Assembly (NCBI GenBank): GCA_028023455.1
Contig: JAQFVV010000001.1
Span: 30,256,001 to 30,320,000 of the forward strand
Direction of reading: 5' to 3'
From: Epiperipatus broadwayi
Lineage: Eukaryota > Animalia > Onychophora
DNA: 64,000 bases
Notes under the pieces: generated by a model
Databases searched by the model: none
What the model saw: the letters and a program-made list of their open reading frames with translations, nothing else
Told to the model about the DNA's origin: nothing
Translations under genes and position numbers: made by a program
Part shown: piece after piece, positions 39,161-51,850 of the stretch
Layout: each line of letters opens with the position of its first letter
Position numbering within the stretch: position 1 is the first letter of the stretch

Positions 39161-41829
39161 AATTTATGAAGTTTCTAGTAACTAATATTCATAATAACTT
39201 AAGTTTTTTTTATCGTCAAAAAGAAATAAAAATCTTCCAAAACTTTCAGCTTGGATCATTTTCAGCATAAGTTTGTGAACCTGTTTACATACCTTGATAG
39301 TTTTTTTTTTTTTTTACATAGAAAAACTGACTTAAATGTTGAAGTGCTACATATAATCTAATATTCGGTTGTTGCATTTTATCATAGTGATATAACTACT
39401 AGGTTATTTTGCTAAATTGTTTGTATAAAAGTGAAATCTTGGCCTTCTATTGATATAAAATAAAGTCATTTAGAAGCATTTTATTTAAGGTTTTATAAGA
39501 TTCTAAAAATAAGAATAATTGGTATATCTTCAGTTTTGTGAAAGGATGTAGTGCTAAAAATATACAATTGTAAAGGCACATCTTCATTGAATTGAGCAGG
39601 TGAAATGATTGTATAGTAATAAACTTTCCAAAAAATCATACTCCATTTATTTATGTTATAAAAATTATTTCAAAGACAATCTATAGAAGTGCAATATTGT
39701 TAGCTTTCATTAGAAAGTTATAATAAAACAGAAAACTATAATTAGCCAAGTCTTGATCTTTTTTAAAAAGTGAGATTTATCGCAGAACAAGTTAAAAGAC
39801 AAATTGCAAAATGTCAAATAAAGGACTAACATGTTATATGTATGAATGTATTTGCCTTTTACAAATTTCTTTATGTAATCACTATATAACATTTTAAATG
39901 GTTTTTTTTTTTTTTTCTTTGTTTTGATTTTTTTTTTTCCTGATATTAAAATGATCACATTCACTTACAAATTTCATTTAATGATGTGGTGATAATGTAT
40001 ATAACATGATGTAGATATTGTTTTACAGTCTATAAATTATTTGGAGTGATTAATTATTTATTTAAATCTTTCCTCTGTGTTTTAAGTATAGCATGTTGTA
40101 ATCATTTTTGTATATATGTTTTCTATCTTGTTATTTATTTTATATAGCATTTTTCAATATGTTTGTTGTCTGAATATGAATTATACTTTTGATTAAGGTA
40201 TTTTTATAATTAATTTAGAATGTATTGGATATTTATACATAATAACTTAGTTGAGTTTAAACTCCAGAGTCTGAGGAATTTGATTGTAGATTGTTATATT
40301 TATCTGTCAGAGCTGATTGTCATAAATTTTTTATATACATAATTTGTGTAATATAAGTCTTAGAATTAGTTTAATACTATACATATCAAATGGAGTGGTG
40401 ATCAACCATTCATTTGTTACTTCATGAATTAATAAAGATTTTATATTGTAATTATTTCCAGTGTATAATAAGATTTTCGAAAAATGAGCTTTGAATGTTC
40501 CCTTCTTGTTATCAGATTTATATTAGTGCATTTCAAGATGTTTTTGACTAATGATTTTATATATAAAAATAGTTTACATTTCAATATGTATGTGACTAAT
40601 GATTATATATATACAAACATAATATTCAATGAATTTAATTGCATGTATTGATGTAAATACTTGAATACACAAATAATATTGAAAACTATGTGATATATAT
40701 TTTAATATATATAATTTAATCTTTATTTTAGTAAACCTTGTATATTTTCAATGCATTAGCATGTCTATTCAAAATTATCAAATTATAACACTTTAATTTT
40801 ATATAATATTTAAAAAGTGCATTGAACCCTCTTATAATGTTTATATATATATATATATTAAGGACAGAACTTCAGTTTATTGTATTTATGTGTATGTGTG
40901 TATTTTTAACTTATTTGCATGCAGTACTAATGGTTGCAGTTTAATTTTAAAATCACATGCATCATGACACAAATAAAAATAATTAACCCCCAAATAAAAT
41001 AATACAATTATTATGCTGCTAATAAAATGTTAATACAGTAATAAAGAGAGAGAGCATCAGCTGAGAAAATGGCTGCTTGAGAGATCATTTATATTATTCA
41101 TACTGATTGCATGCTTCAAATTTATGAATTTCTACCTTTTTTTAATTTTTTATTTGATATTTTTTTCTGAACTATGAATTACCAAAGCTTCTAATAGTGG
41201 AAGTATAAATTAGTCTGTTGTTCTAATATTCATCTTCAACTTATCTATAATGCTTTTAAAATAGGTGGTTGATAAAAAATTTTGGCACAAATCACAGATT
41301 TGATCTTATACTATACACATTGAAGTGATTGACCAATCTATATGTACAGTAATTCTACCATATTTATTGCATTTGGTTCCTTATCTCATTGTAGATATTG
41401 AAATTCATGTGGTTAATAATAAATCATATAAATTATACTTTTTATCAAATGTGTATATATTGATATAACACTCAACTCACCATTCACTATGTTGAAATAT
41501 TTCAGCAATGTCCCGTGAATAAATATAAATTCTGAATTTCAAATAACTAAACTTAATAGGTTACTGAATGGTGATTTGAATGTTTCGATCTATTTCAGCT
41601 TGTGGTATGCATTATGATATATTGATATCACATTTAGAATAATAAAAAAAAAAACAAGTTCAGTAAATATCAATAAATTAATATGCCTAACTGCTGTAAA
41701 CTGCCTGCTTTATTTTTTTTATTATCTTAGTCCAATAATTCTATTCAATTTATTAGTGATGCTGTCATTAATGTAATTAAAACTATTGAAGTATAAAAAA
41801 TGTTTGTTGTTTTTTTAATTTTGAATTAA

Positions 41830-42912
41830 GAAAATTCTTTTATTTTTTTATTTTACTTTAAATAATAAACTTTATTAAACAAAACTCTAAATATGTAAGG
41901 AAATATCTATAAATTTGTTTTGATTCACTTTATCCATTACCATAAATTTATTGATCTTGTCCCCAAGACAACATTATGCGAGTCTATAAGTCTCTCATTG
42001 TTACAAAGTTAATATAATTTTTCTTATTAAATCCTAAAGTTATACCATATGACTCGTTCTCCTATTTTAAACATGGAACCTTTATTCTCTCTTGAGAATT
42101 TTTTTATTTTACCACTTTACATATTTTTACTATCTCATTCTCTATTTGTGTGTCTATTTTTACTCACAATACTCATAACCTTCTTAGGCCAGGATTTCAA
42201 ACACCTACCAAAATAGTTGTCCCAATCATTGTCAAGTTTCTTCAACCAATTAATTTTTTTAATATCAAATATTAAAGAACACTGGATTGTCCATATAGTT
42301 TTCAATGTATGTATTATCACCATTGCATTACGTGGTTTGAATTTTATTACGTTTTGCTTTCAGTAACATTTTAAGATTTATCATTGGGATGTGGGAAACT
42401 CTGTATCTTAGCCTCCCAAAAGCACTGCATTCTTCGAGTAAGTCTTGAAATGTTTTATGTTTATTTTTACAAAATGAAGAAGTTTCCTCTAAGCTCATTT
42501 TCAATCTTTTATTAATGTATGTTGTAGTAGGTAAAACTCCATTGATCAATTTGAATATGAATTTCATATGTGCCTGTGGTGTATAAATTAAGTGAAATTT
42601 ATCCAGGACCCCTTTCATTGAGCAATTTGTCCATAAATTTTCAGATTTTATTCCCCTTCTTATGTCTTTATATCTAATGCCTTCCAAGTTTTGCACATCT
42701 AGCTCATCTTGTATGTCCTTATATGCAATAAACATATATGCCAAATAAGATCTCTCTGCTCCGATTTCACTATATATTTTTATAGTACTAGTTGGCAAAC
42801 TGAAGCATTGATCATTCATAACATTTAAAAATGTTCTTGCAGTAATAAAATTTACATATACTTTTGTATCAACTCTTTTAGTAAAACTACAGCCCTTAAG
42901 AAATACAAGCAA
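41830..42912 (-). mobile_element. 5'-truncated L1/Tx1-clade LINE: ORF2 C-terminus, 3' UTR and A-rich tail
   Basis: ORF 42328-42912 has FKLINGVLPT...SSFCKNKHKTFQDLLEEC (degenerate zf-RVT knuckle), continuing HTLKTIWTIQCSLIFD in 42135-42323; AATAAA and A-rich tail near 41830-41880 on minus. Confidence 0.8.
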
Positions 42913-44132
42913 GTCAAGACAATATTAAATTATTGTTTTAATTTATTATTTTAATTATTGCTTTTTAAAAATATTGATCCTATATAAAATAACCATGCAG
43001 TATGCGCAAAGTTATATATATAGAAATTTATAAGAAATAGAAAATTATGAATAATAAATTAATATTTTTTTAATTTTCCAAAGAGTTTGGCTACTTAAAA
43101 ACATTGGAGGTTGTAATTGATAAAGGATCTATTGTTGCTAATTGCATGTGACATTTTATGATTGCATTATCCAGTGGCTGCATTATGATTTTAAAAAAAT
43201 AGAAAATTATTTTTCTCTGATGTTATTAGAATTACTTGTCGATTTATCCATGTAAATATGTCAGAAAAAAATGACAGTTACATATTTTTAGGGAAAGATT
43301 GAAAATAATAAATTGCTTGATTATTTTAATAATGAATTACTCTACTGAAATATTATTCATTATTGCATAATCTCTAGTCTAATGAATGACTAACAAAAAT
43401 GTTAGTTTGGATATTTTCTTTAGGAAGACAGATTGCATTTTTAAACATTTTCCCAAATTGAAAATGAATTTAATCCATTTATTAATACCTCAATTTGTAT
43501 GGAATAATAGCCATTGACCAGCAGAAAGATATGCTTTGTGCAAACTGAAAATTTTTTATTTGTAAGGTCTATCTATGATTATTTAAGTATAATTATAAAG
43601 ACTAATCTTAAGTCTGTGTAACACTGCATTGAAGCTGAAAGCAAAATACTATGTATCAAAAAATTTTAATTTTTTTATATGCAGCAAAATAATTTACATA
43701 TAATTTGATCAAAAATATTTTCAAATAAAATCAAAAAGATAACCATCCTTTTAGAATTTATAATTTTTTTTAACTCTAAGATTGGCTATGCTTTTGATAA
43801 TGTCAGTAAACTTTTTTTTTACTTTTATAATTTATTATGAAAATCAAATGACTAATATTAAGTTTCTAGCTCATGCCCAAAAATAGATATAGAAAATAAT
43901 AAATGACATTTCACAAATTAGAATGTGTTAAATTTCTTTATCTATATTAAAAGAAAATTGCTTCAAATATTGCTCAGGGCATGCAGATTGTGGAATTATC
44001 CATGGTTGTGTTTTATTTATAATTTGACAAATTATGGCATACAAGTATGCAATCAAAAACCGTTTTTGTCTTAAACCGCTTTTGTCTTAGGGGTCTTCAT
44101 AGGTGCAGTAATATAATTTATAATAATGATAT

Positions 44133-45312
44133 AACCTGGGTCTTTTTTATATGATAGGTAGGTTCCACAGAAAACCCATATTAAAAAAATCACACAAAAA
44201 TAGATGTAACTTACCTTGAAAAATGTGGGATATGTTCCATAATTTTCAAAAAGTCACATAAAACCAAAGCAACAAGATAAAATTAATTTAAAATTTGCAT
44301 AATAAAAATTACCAAATAAAGTATGACTAATAAAAAATTTCAAATATTTGAAAAAAATTGATACAAGACAAACTTTTTTTATTAACTATTTAATTTTATT
44401 CAAAACAATATTTTTTTATGTATAATTTATTTTACCATTTTTCATACATATTTTAATCATTATCGCTATTTGACAATACATGGTTCATTTGGTAAGACAT
44501 CAGATTCCTCACAAGAGGAAATACAATTAGTGTCAACTTCAGTCTCATGCTTTGTTAATGGTTTTCTGTTGACAATGTAATTAAACTTTGAGACAATGAT
44601 TTTACTAATTGTTTATGAAGCTCACATCCAGACTGCTATGTCTAGCTATTAAAGAATGCACTTCCATGAGTGCAACTATATATATATAGAACATGCTTCC
44701 ACAGGTGTGTTAATAATGGCTAGTGGTTAAATTTTCTTCTATACACATATATACATGGAGAAACTTTTAGACAGAAAAAAGTTACAAGTAAAAATATTAA
44801 AAACTTTTAAAGATACGTTCTTTTTAAGTAGAAATTAAAAGTTTTTAAATGTTTTTACTTGTAACTTTTTTTTTTGTCTAAAAGTTTCTCCATATATATA
44901 TATGTATGTAAAAAAATATATAAACATACACATACATAACACAGACATACAACTATTTAGCTCTCGTTGGAATTTAGTTCATAATTCGTCTTATTACCAA
45001 GAAAATGATTTTCAAATTGATTAGAAAGTTGAAGATTTTCTTGAATCATTTTTGCTGTGAAACAAACAGGTTCCACTTCTGTTTCATTATTTTTTTCTAA
45101 ATCTTCTTTATTGCCAAACCTTTTTCCAACAGGCATTTAAAGTATGTAAAATTTAATGTGTGTTTATATAACAGGGACATCCCAATTTTAAGTGAAATAT
45201 GAACTTTTTTATTGCATAAAAGAAAACCGCATAAAAATATATTAAAAAGAAACATGAATGGCATAACTTCAAAATCGCATTAAAAAAATCTGCACAAAAA
45301 GAGACCCAATTG
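44133..45312. mobile_element. Tc1/mariner (pogo/Tigger-like) MITE, older copy
   Basis: Ends ACCTGGGTCT... / ...GAGACCCAATTG|TA; colinear with 48541-49592. Confidence 0.75.
44756..44892. repeat. Hairpin inside an insertion of about 310 bp nested in the 44133-45312 MITE
   Basis: Arms 44756-44810/44835-44892 (TGGAGAAACTTTTAGACA... / ...TGTCTAAAAGTTTCTCCA); segment absent from the 48.5-kb copy. Confidence 0.8.
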
Positions 45313-45424
45313 TACTATATAAGTTAACAAAATAATGCAATGAAACATTTATCTCAATTTTCAATAGTTTTTTAAAATTAATTTGTTATTATATATATGG
45401 TGGTACTATTCAATCAATATTAAT

Positions 45425-45700
45425 TCATTACAGTATGAATATATCTGAATTTAAGCCAGTTTTTCCTGTCCATTGTTCTTCACATTGTCCCAGTAAACTT
45501 TTTCATCTCATATATCAATCTTTAATTTCTTTTGGTCTTAAAATTTAGCATAGAACTTTATTTGCCCATCTATTATCATCTTTTTTTAATAACATAACTA
45601 GCTCAGTTCTTTTCCTAACTCTTATGGCATCTGTTTGTTTTCTCTATCATATATTTCAATTTCAGTTATTTCTAATTAATTTTAATGCAACTTTTTCAAC
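45425..45700 (-). mobile_element. RTE-clade LINE 3' scrap
   Basis: Minus strand gives KKDDNRWANKVL and FTGTM*RTMDRKNWLKF, like the 57-kb copy. Confidence 0.55.
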
Positions 45701-46168
45701 TTTAATATGAGGACTACACTCTTTGTAATCTTTGATTATTCTTCAGTTAAACATCTAAGAAAGTAGTGCTAAAACACATTTATTACAAATCTTTTGTTTT
45801 TCAAATATATGTATTCAGTTTATCAATGTCTTTAAATATAAAAGAAATTACATTTTTTTTTTTTTAAATTATTAGGTATTATCGATAATGCATTATAACA
45901 TTTGTGCGATTGTCAGATAATATTACTGGAGATAATTGTGATTTTTTTTTTAATAGGAGGAAAATAGATTATTTGTATCCAGATAATAAGGTTTAGACCT
46001 TTGAAAGCGCTTGAGTAAATTGATAAAATTTGTCATTTGTTGAGACGGTGATTATATATATTATAGTTTATATTTAATTTATACGTGTGTATTTATATTA
46101 ACACAAATATAGATTTTATAAATGTATTTATGCACAAGGCTAGATAGATTTATAAATAAATTCATAGA

Positions 46169-46266
46169 ATTCAGTCAACATTTAGACAATTCCAATATCA
46201 ATAACGATGTACAACAGAAGTTTTTGATTATTATTGATATTGGGAGTATCTAAGGGTTGACTGAAT
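46169..46266 (+). repeat. 98-nt imperfect hairpin (pre-miRNA-sized)
   Basis: 36-bp arms 46169-46204/46231-46266; on plus 31 Watson-Crick pairs, 2 G:U and 3 mismatches; 26-nt loop. Confidence 0.75.
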
Positions 46267-47374
46267 ATAATTATATGTACACATATTAATGTTGCATATG
46301 CATAAAAGTTTTCAAGATAAATAATGAATTATATATAAAAATTATCTATCAACTTTGATTTTAGAAAGTATGAATTGAACAATTTAATATTATTATTATT
46401 TTTTTTTTCTGTTTAGAAGACAAATATTTTACAATGAATAGAAGATATATATATATATATTTAAATCTTGATTTTTTTTAAAAAATGAATTTTTAAATTA
46501 TAAGTGTTCTCTGATCATATAATTAAATCAATCAATTTAATAATTTTTGTAGTATTTTTTTTCAAAGTTGCCAAAAATTATATTATTTTTTTTTCACATG
46601 ATGGTTAAAATCTGTCATGTTAGATTTTTCATATCAACTCAGGATTAGAAATATGATAACAAAGTTTGACTGTTTGAGAGTTTTTGTGGAAGTTTTTGAT
46701 TACCTGATATTCTTAAACAACATTCTTCTTATTACTCACATTTGAAAAGCTTTAATGTTGACATCATTCACATCTGAACCTGAAGTATGAACTGTGGAAT
46801 TGAAAAAGATCATCTAATTATTATATTGACTGCAGTTTTTTTTTCATTTCTTTGACAGCAGTCACCCCCCCCCCCATCCAATTTTATCTAAAACGATAAA
46901 GAAATATATATATTAATTGATTAAGTTGAAAAAGCTATCTATTAAGAATTCATGTTTTAAAGTAAACAAATTTGTATAATTTTGCTAAAAATATATGTAT
47001 TCTATTTATTTCAGATATTTGTTTTTTATAAAATCCAGGTAATCATTACATTTGATGTGTAATTTATGTTACACAGTTATTGTTGTTCTTGATTTTAAGG
47101 AGAGTATTGCCAGCTTTGAAATAGAAAGAAAAAAGAATAATTTCCTATATAGAAATTTTATAGTAACTAAAGTTAAGAAAGAATATTAAGATTTATATGT
47201 ACTAATATAAGAACTTTGTCATTAATGTAGAAACAGCAATGAGATCTTAAATTGAAATAATTCTGGGGATATTGCTAAACATCTTTTATGTAACAAAAAA
47301 TTGCCTTTGAAAAATTTATTTTGAAAAAAAAATGTTAACATTTATTATAAAATAAAAGTCCTGTAAAATTAGTG

Positions 47375-47460
47375 CAGTGATAGTATGAATGGTGGATTCT
47401 AGATCTCAAGATCCATGGATTATGGCTCAGTCTCTGTCACTTCTAATGCTCAAACTTTTA
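47375..47460 (+). repeat. Short dispersed repeat (SINE-like), copy 2
   Basis: GATTATGGCTCAGTCTCTGTCACTTCTAATGCT (47418-47450) resembles 34308-34340. Confidence 0.4.
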
Positions 47461-48855
47461 ACAAATCCCGACCTATGAAACTGATTAGTTTTTTATTTAG
47501 TGAAGCATTTTATTGTATTTTGAAGTCTATTATTAAGAAGAATACTGCATGGCAACAAAAGTATTCAAACAGTATATATATATGAAGTTTAGTGTATCTT
47601 TAGTCTATTTTTCAGATTGAAATTGTTTATACTTCATAGCATTTATTTGACAAAAATTTGACAACTGAAGTTCTTATGTTCATTTAAATTTGGTTTTAAA
47701 ACTAAGTTTTAATTTCCTACTTGGAAGTCAATATATTAAGAGTCTAACATTTTAGTTGATTGTGGAATTAGATTATGGTTGTTAATAAATATTTAATTTG
47801 TAGATATGTTTATATGTATATTTTATTTCTAATTTTTAATTTTTTTTTTTTTTTTAAAAAAAACTCCCCTAAACTTTCTTGAATAAAATTATTTTAAAAT
47901 GGGTGTATTAATATCTGCCCAGAGATAAATTGATTAAGTAATCAGGAGTATTATGATCAAGTGATAATACTTAATCATCATTATTGGTAAGTTCTTATTG
48001 TTTACCAGACTTATTTTTTCTCACACCTCAATTTTAGATCTACATTATAACTTTCTAACAAAACTATTACATCTATAAGATTATCAGGATTACAGTAGAA
48101 CCCTTGAATCATTTTTCTCAAAACCTGTTGATTCATTTACTTATAGTTAAAAATAAAAAATATATATAAATTAATAAAAATATGAAATTTTAATTTTTTT
48201 AAATTTATATTATCACTTTGATGCCATGATCATAAAACAATAGTTTCTATTATTTTTACATTACAAGCAAGCACATGCTTAAAATTTATTAAATTAAAAT
48301 CACTTAGACATTGTGGGTTTTTTTTGTATTTCAGTATCATCAATTTTCATTATATAAAAAATAAAAAGATAATTTTTAATTTTGTTGATATCTCATCGTG
48401 TATACACAATTTTTAAATAATATGTCATAAGTTTGTGCACGTTATATATTATGTTTAAAATGTAAATACTCATATATGTCTTTAAAATATATACTGATCT
48501 GTATTGGTTTTAATTATTTTTGTTGATTTCTTAATGTGTACACCTGGGTCTCATTTTACGCGATAGATAGGTTCCTCAGAAAACACGTGCAAACGAAATT
48601 GCGCAAAAATAGACATAATTTACATTGAAAAAGGGGGGATGTGGTCTGTGATTTTTCAAAATTCGCGTAAAAGCAAAGCACCAACGTAAAATTACTTGAA
48701 AATTCGCGCAAAAAAAAAATAAGGAAATAAAATATGACTAATAAAAAATTTCAAATTTGAAAAAAATTGATACAAAACAAACTTTTTTTAACTATAATAT
48801 TTAATTTTATTCAAAATAATATAGTTTTATGCATAATTTACAGTACAGTAATTTA

Positions 48856-49026
48856 ATCAAGCACGAGTGCGTGTGTGGCGCAACTGTTCCCAAAAGCTAT
48901 TAATATAAAATAGATAACTAAAAATAATAAACTTGCTGAGTGCTTTCAAAGGATCTTGCCTGCACCACACATGCACTCGTGCTTGATTATATATATTTTC
49001 CAAAAGTAAAAATTATTTGACTTAAT
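48856..49026. mobile_element. Asymmetric foldback insertion nested in the MITE, 14-bp direct repeats
   Basis: About 29-bp inverted arms (TAATCAAGCACGAGTGCGTGTGTGGCGCA from 48854 / ...CTCGTGCTTGATTA to 48989) plus a one-sided tail; AGTACAGTAATTTA at 48842-48855 and 49027-49040. Confidence 0.75.
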
Positions 49027-49428
49027 AGTACAGTAATTTACATTTTTTTATCCACGTTTTAATTATTATGATTTTCTGGTGATAACATAATTAGTAATTA
49101 ATCTTTGAGACGATGATTTTATTAATTGTTTACGAAGCTCGCGATATCCAGACATGCAACCATTTAGCTCTCGGAATTTAAGAGCACGTTAATGATTAGT
49201 GTCATTAATAAGAAAATAATAATTGATTACGTTCTTTTTTAAAAAGCAAAAACAGAAAGTGATTTAAAATGCAAAATTAACACGCCCAATGTTTGAACAA
49301 ATTTACATTATAATCTTGTAAAATTTAATATGTGTATACATAAAATGTGGAAATCATGATTTTAATTTCATTATTGCATAAAATCTTACTATTATAAAGC
49401 ACTGAAAATATTGAAATTACTACGATGA

Positions 49429-49523
49429 AAGTCGAATTCCAATAATGTGCTATTACTTTCAATATGACGTAAGTGCGCGAAATTTATTATTTAAAGTAAT
49501 AGCGCATTATTGGAAATCGACTT
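49429..49523. repeat. Second nested hairpin in the 48541-49592 MITE
   Basis: 31-bp arms 49429-49459/49493-49523; segment absent from the 44-kb copy. Confidence 0.8.
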
Positions 49524-49848
49524 CCGGTGAAACACGAATAGCGTAACTTCAAAATCGTGTTAAATAATTCCGTGTAAAAAGAGACCCAGATGTATATGTA
49601 ATTTTTAAATAATTGTTTATATTATCCATATTGTATATCATTAGCAACATCTGTACTACTTATAGTTATGTGTTTAACAGATACTGAATTCAATTAGATC
49701 TTTGAACTATGCAAGGTCTTGCTGATATATGAAATACTAATATTAATTTTTAAAAAATGATTATTTCTAATTTGATTTAATTAAGTTATCATCATCTATA
49801 ATTTTTTATTTTTTAAAAGAATGTTCATTTAAAACTTTTTAAGTACTT

Positions 49849-49941
49849 TTTTTTTCATATGTCAAAGCATTGACCTGGAGCGAATGTGGGCCAGCTGCAT
49901 GGAAGGCAGCTATGCTAACCACTAGGCCATCAACGCTTGAC
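49849..49941 (-). mobile_element. tRNA-Gly(TCC)-derived mini-SINE with poly(A) tail and TSD
   Basis: 49867-49936 minus = GCGTTGATGGCCTAGTGGTTAGCATAGCTGCCTTCCATGCAGCTGGCCCACATTCGCTCCAGGTCAATGC (T-arm broken), then TTTGACATATG-A9; ACTTTTTAAGTACTT at 49834-49848 and 49942-49956. Confidence 0.85.
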
Positions 49942-50379
49942 ACTTTTTAAGTACTTGACATCTATTTGTTTATACTGTGTAACCATTTGGCTTCTTCTTT
50001 TTTTTGTACCATATGTTCTTTTTTTTTTTTTTAAATCTTTATTTCAATAATATGCTCTCTACTCATATGAGTAACTACATTTCTGCCTAATTGTTTTTGT
50101 ACCATTTTTTTTTTTTTTGGAATTTCTTTTCAGTTGTTCTTTATTATTTAAGTTTGTTAAAATAGAATTTTTATTCTTGTACTTAAATAACTTTATTAAA
50201 GTTTTATTTTTTATCATAATTATTTGTTTTCATTTTTGTTAAAATTAGTATTCATGATTTTTACATTTGGACCTTAGTTACTGAGACTTGCTAAAGAAAG
50301 TTTACTCAGTTGTGAATAAATGACTGTTTTGATAATAATACATTTCATTATCTTACTATAGTCCAGATTATTGACATTT

Positions 50380-50940
50380 CTTTTTTTAAAAAATCCAGGA
50401 ATTTTATGCTTATTTTGTCAACAATCTTGTTTTTAGTTTGCAGATTTACATAATCCATTATATATTTCTTGAATATTCTCATCAAATCTGCAAATAAATG
50501 CATCATCAACATATTTTCTACATATTATATTTTCATTGTTAAAAATTTGCTGCCTTTTCTGTATGGCTGAACTGCAATTTATTAATGGGGAATCTTGACT
50601 CAAATAGCAACATGAATGAAACAAAACTAAGGCCCTATATAATAAATTTAGGAAAGTTCTAACATGAATGTCATTTTTTTTTAAACACAAAGGGGACAGT
50701 GGCAATTTGTATTGAACATATTAGCCAATGCAAGTAACAAGCAACTAACTACATATAGGGCAAAACATATTTGTATATGTTGTTGTTTTTTTTATAATGA
50801 ATAACAGATCTTAACTTCATGATGATTATGAAACTCAGCACCAAAAACTCATTTTGCTAGTTATTAAAGATTGAATTACTCTGCAATATAAGCAGAAGCA
50901 TTAGTGCTGTAAATTGGATATTAGATATCCATAAACAGGA
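50380..50940 (-). pseudogene. Penelope-like element reverse-transcriptase remnant
   Basis: In order on minus: PIYSTNASAY, NEFLV, YLSQDSPL, RKYVDDAFI (YVDD catalytic motif), KISIKFLD. Confidence 0.75.
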
Positions 50941-51139
50941 ATTGATTTTATATTATAAACATTATAAGTATGATGTTTTTTTGGAAGATTGTGATGATGG
51001 TATTTTAGTTATATTTATATATTGGACTATTCCCATCATCTAGTATTGAGTATTGAATGTCTTTAGAAAAATTTAACTTTATTTAAATTTTCAAAGAACA
51101 TTCAATTGCTAGTAATAGCATATGGATTAGTATATGCTG

Positions 51140-51176
51140 AACATTTAGAGAGGTATTGTTTTCCTCTCTTCTTCAG
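51140..51176 (-). ncRNA. Degenerate hammerhead ribozyme motif, left arm
   Basis: CTGAAGA-A-GAGAGG-aaaacaata-CCTCTC-TAAA-TGTT; G12 of the GAAA box is mutated. Confidence 0.55.
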
Positions 51177-51526
51177 TTATTGGTGGCCTGGATCCTTAGA
51201 TTCTTGAATATTAAATGTTAAAATAATGCTCTAACTGAGCCACCCTGCCAAAAGCAACCTTCATTAGAAATTTCATATATTTATCTATGAGGTTTCCTCC
51301 TGATTTCTCCACTTTTTTCCAAGGGCACAGTTGATTAGTGGTTTCCATACATTATGTATAATCATACTAGGTTGACTTATGGTTATTCACCATTGTCATG
51401 TAAGCAGCTTCTTTGAATTTTCTTTTTTGTACCTTTTCCTCTCTATTCAATAGTTTTGTATTTTACCAATCACACATATGTTTATTGGTACATGCATGGC
51501 CTGCTACCTTAGATCTGTCTGGAAGA

Positions 51527-51850
51527 ATGTATATTGGTGAGACTAGTTTCCCCAATGAAAAGCAATTGCAAGAATGCAAACTGATGATTAGAAGAGAGAA
51601 AACAGATGTGTCTAAAGTTAGCAGACCATGTATGTACCAATGAGCATATATGTTCAATTGGAAAAATACAAAAATATTGGATAGAAAGGAAAAGGTATTA
51701 AAAAAATTCAAAGAAGCTGTTCACATGACATTAGTGAATATCTCCATAAGTCAACCTTGTGTGACTATACATAATATATTGAAACCACTAATCAACTTTG
51801 CCTTAGGAAAAAGTAGAGCAATTGGGGGAACTTTTTTGATAAGTATATGA
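51527..51850 (+). pseudogene. GIY-YIG endonuclease C-terminal half (PLE), frameshifted
   Basis: Reconstructed using the other arm: MYIGETSFPNEKQLQECKLMIRREKTDVSKVADHVCTNEHMFNWKNTKILDRKEKVLKKFKEAVHM...ISQPCVTIHNILKPLI. Confidence 0.85.

Larger units (their letters stand above)
48541..49592. mobile_element. Tc1/mariner (pogo/Tigger-like) MITE, CpG-richer copy
   Basis: TA|CACCTGGGTCTC ... GAGACCCAGATG|TA; TA target duplication; no ORF. Confidence 0.85.

Noticed and set aside
48090-48105. TA|CAGTAGAACCC Tigger-like end
   Set aside because: Solo terminus without a partner.
49867-49936. Functional tRNA-Gly gene
   Set aside because: T-arm cannot pair, B box is degraded, and the poly(A) tail plus TSD indicate retroposition.
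51641-51643. In-frame TGA in the GIY-YIG ORF as a selenocysteine codon
   Set aside because: Comparison with the other arm shows it lies in a short out-of-frame patch between +1 and +2 insertions; the true frame reads ADHVCTNEH.
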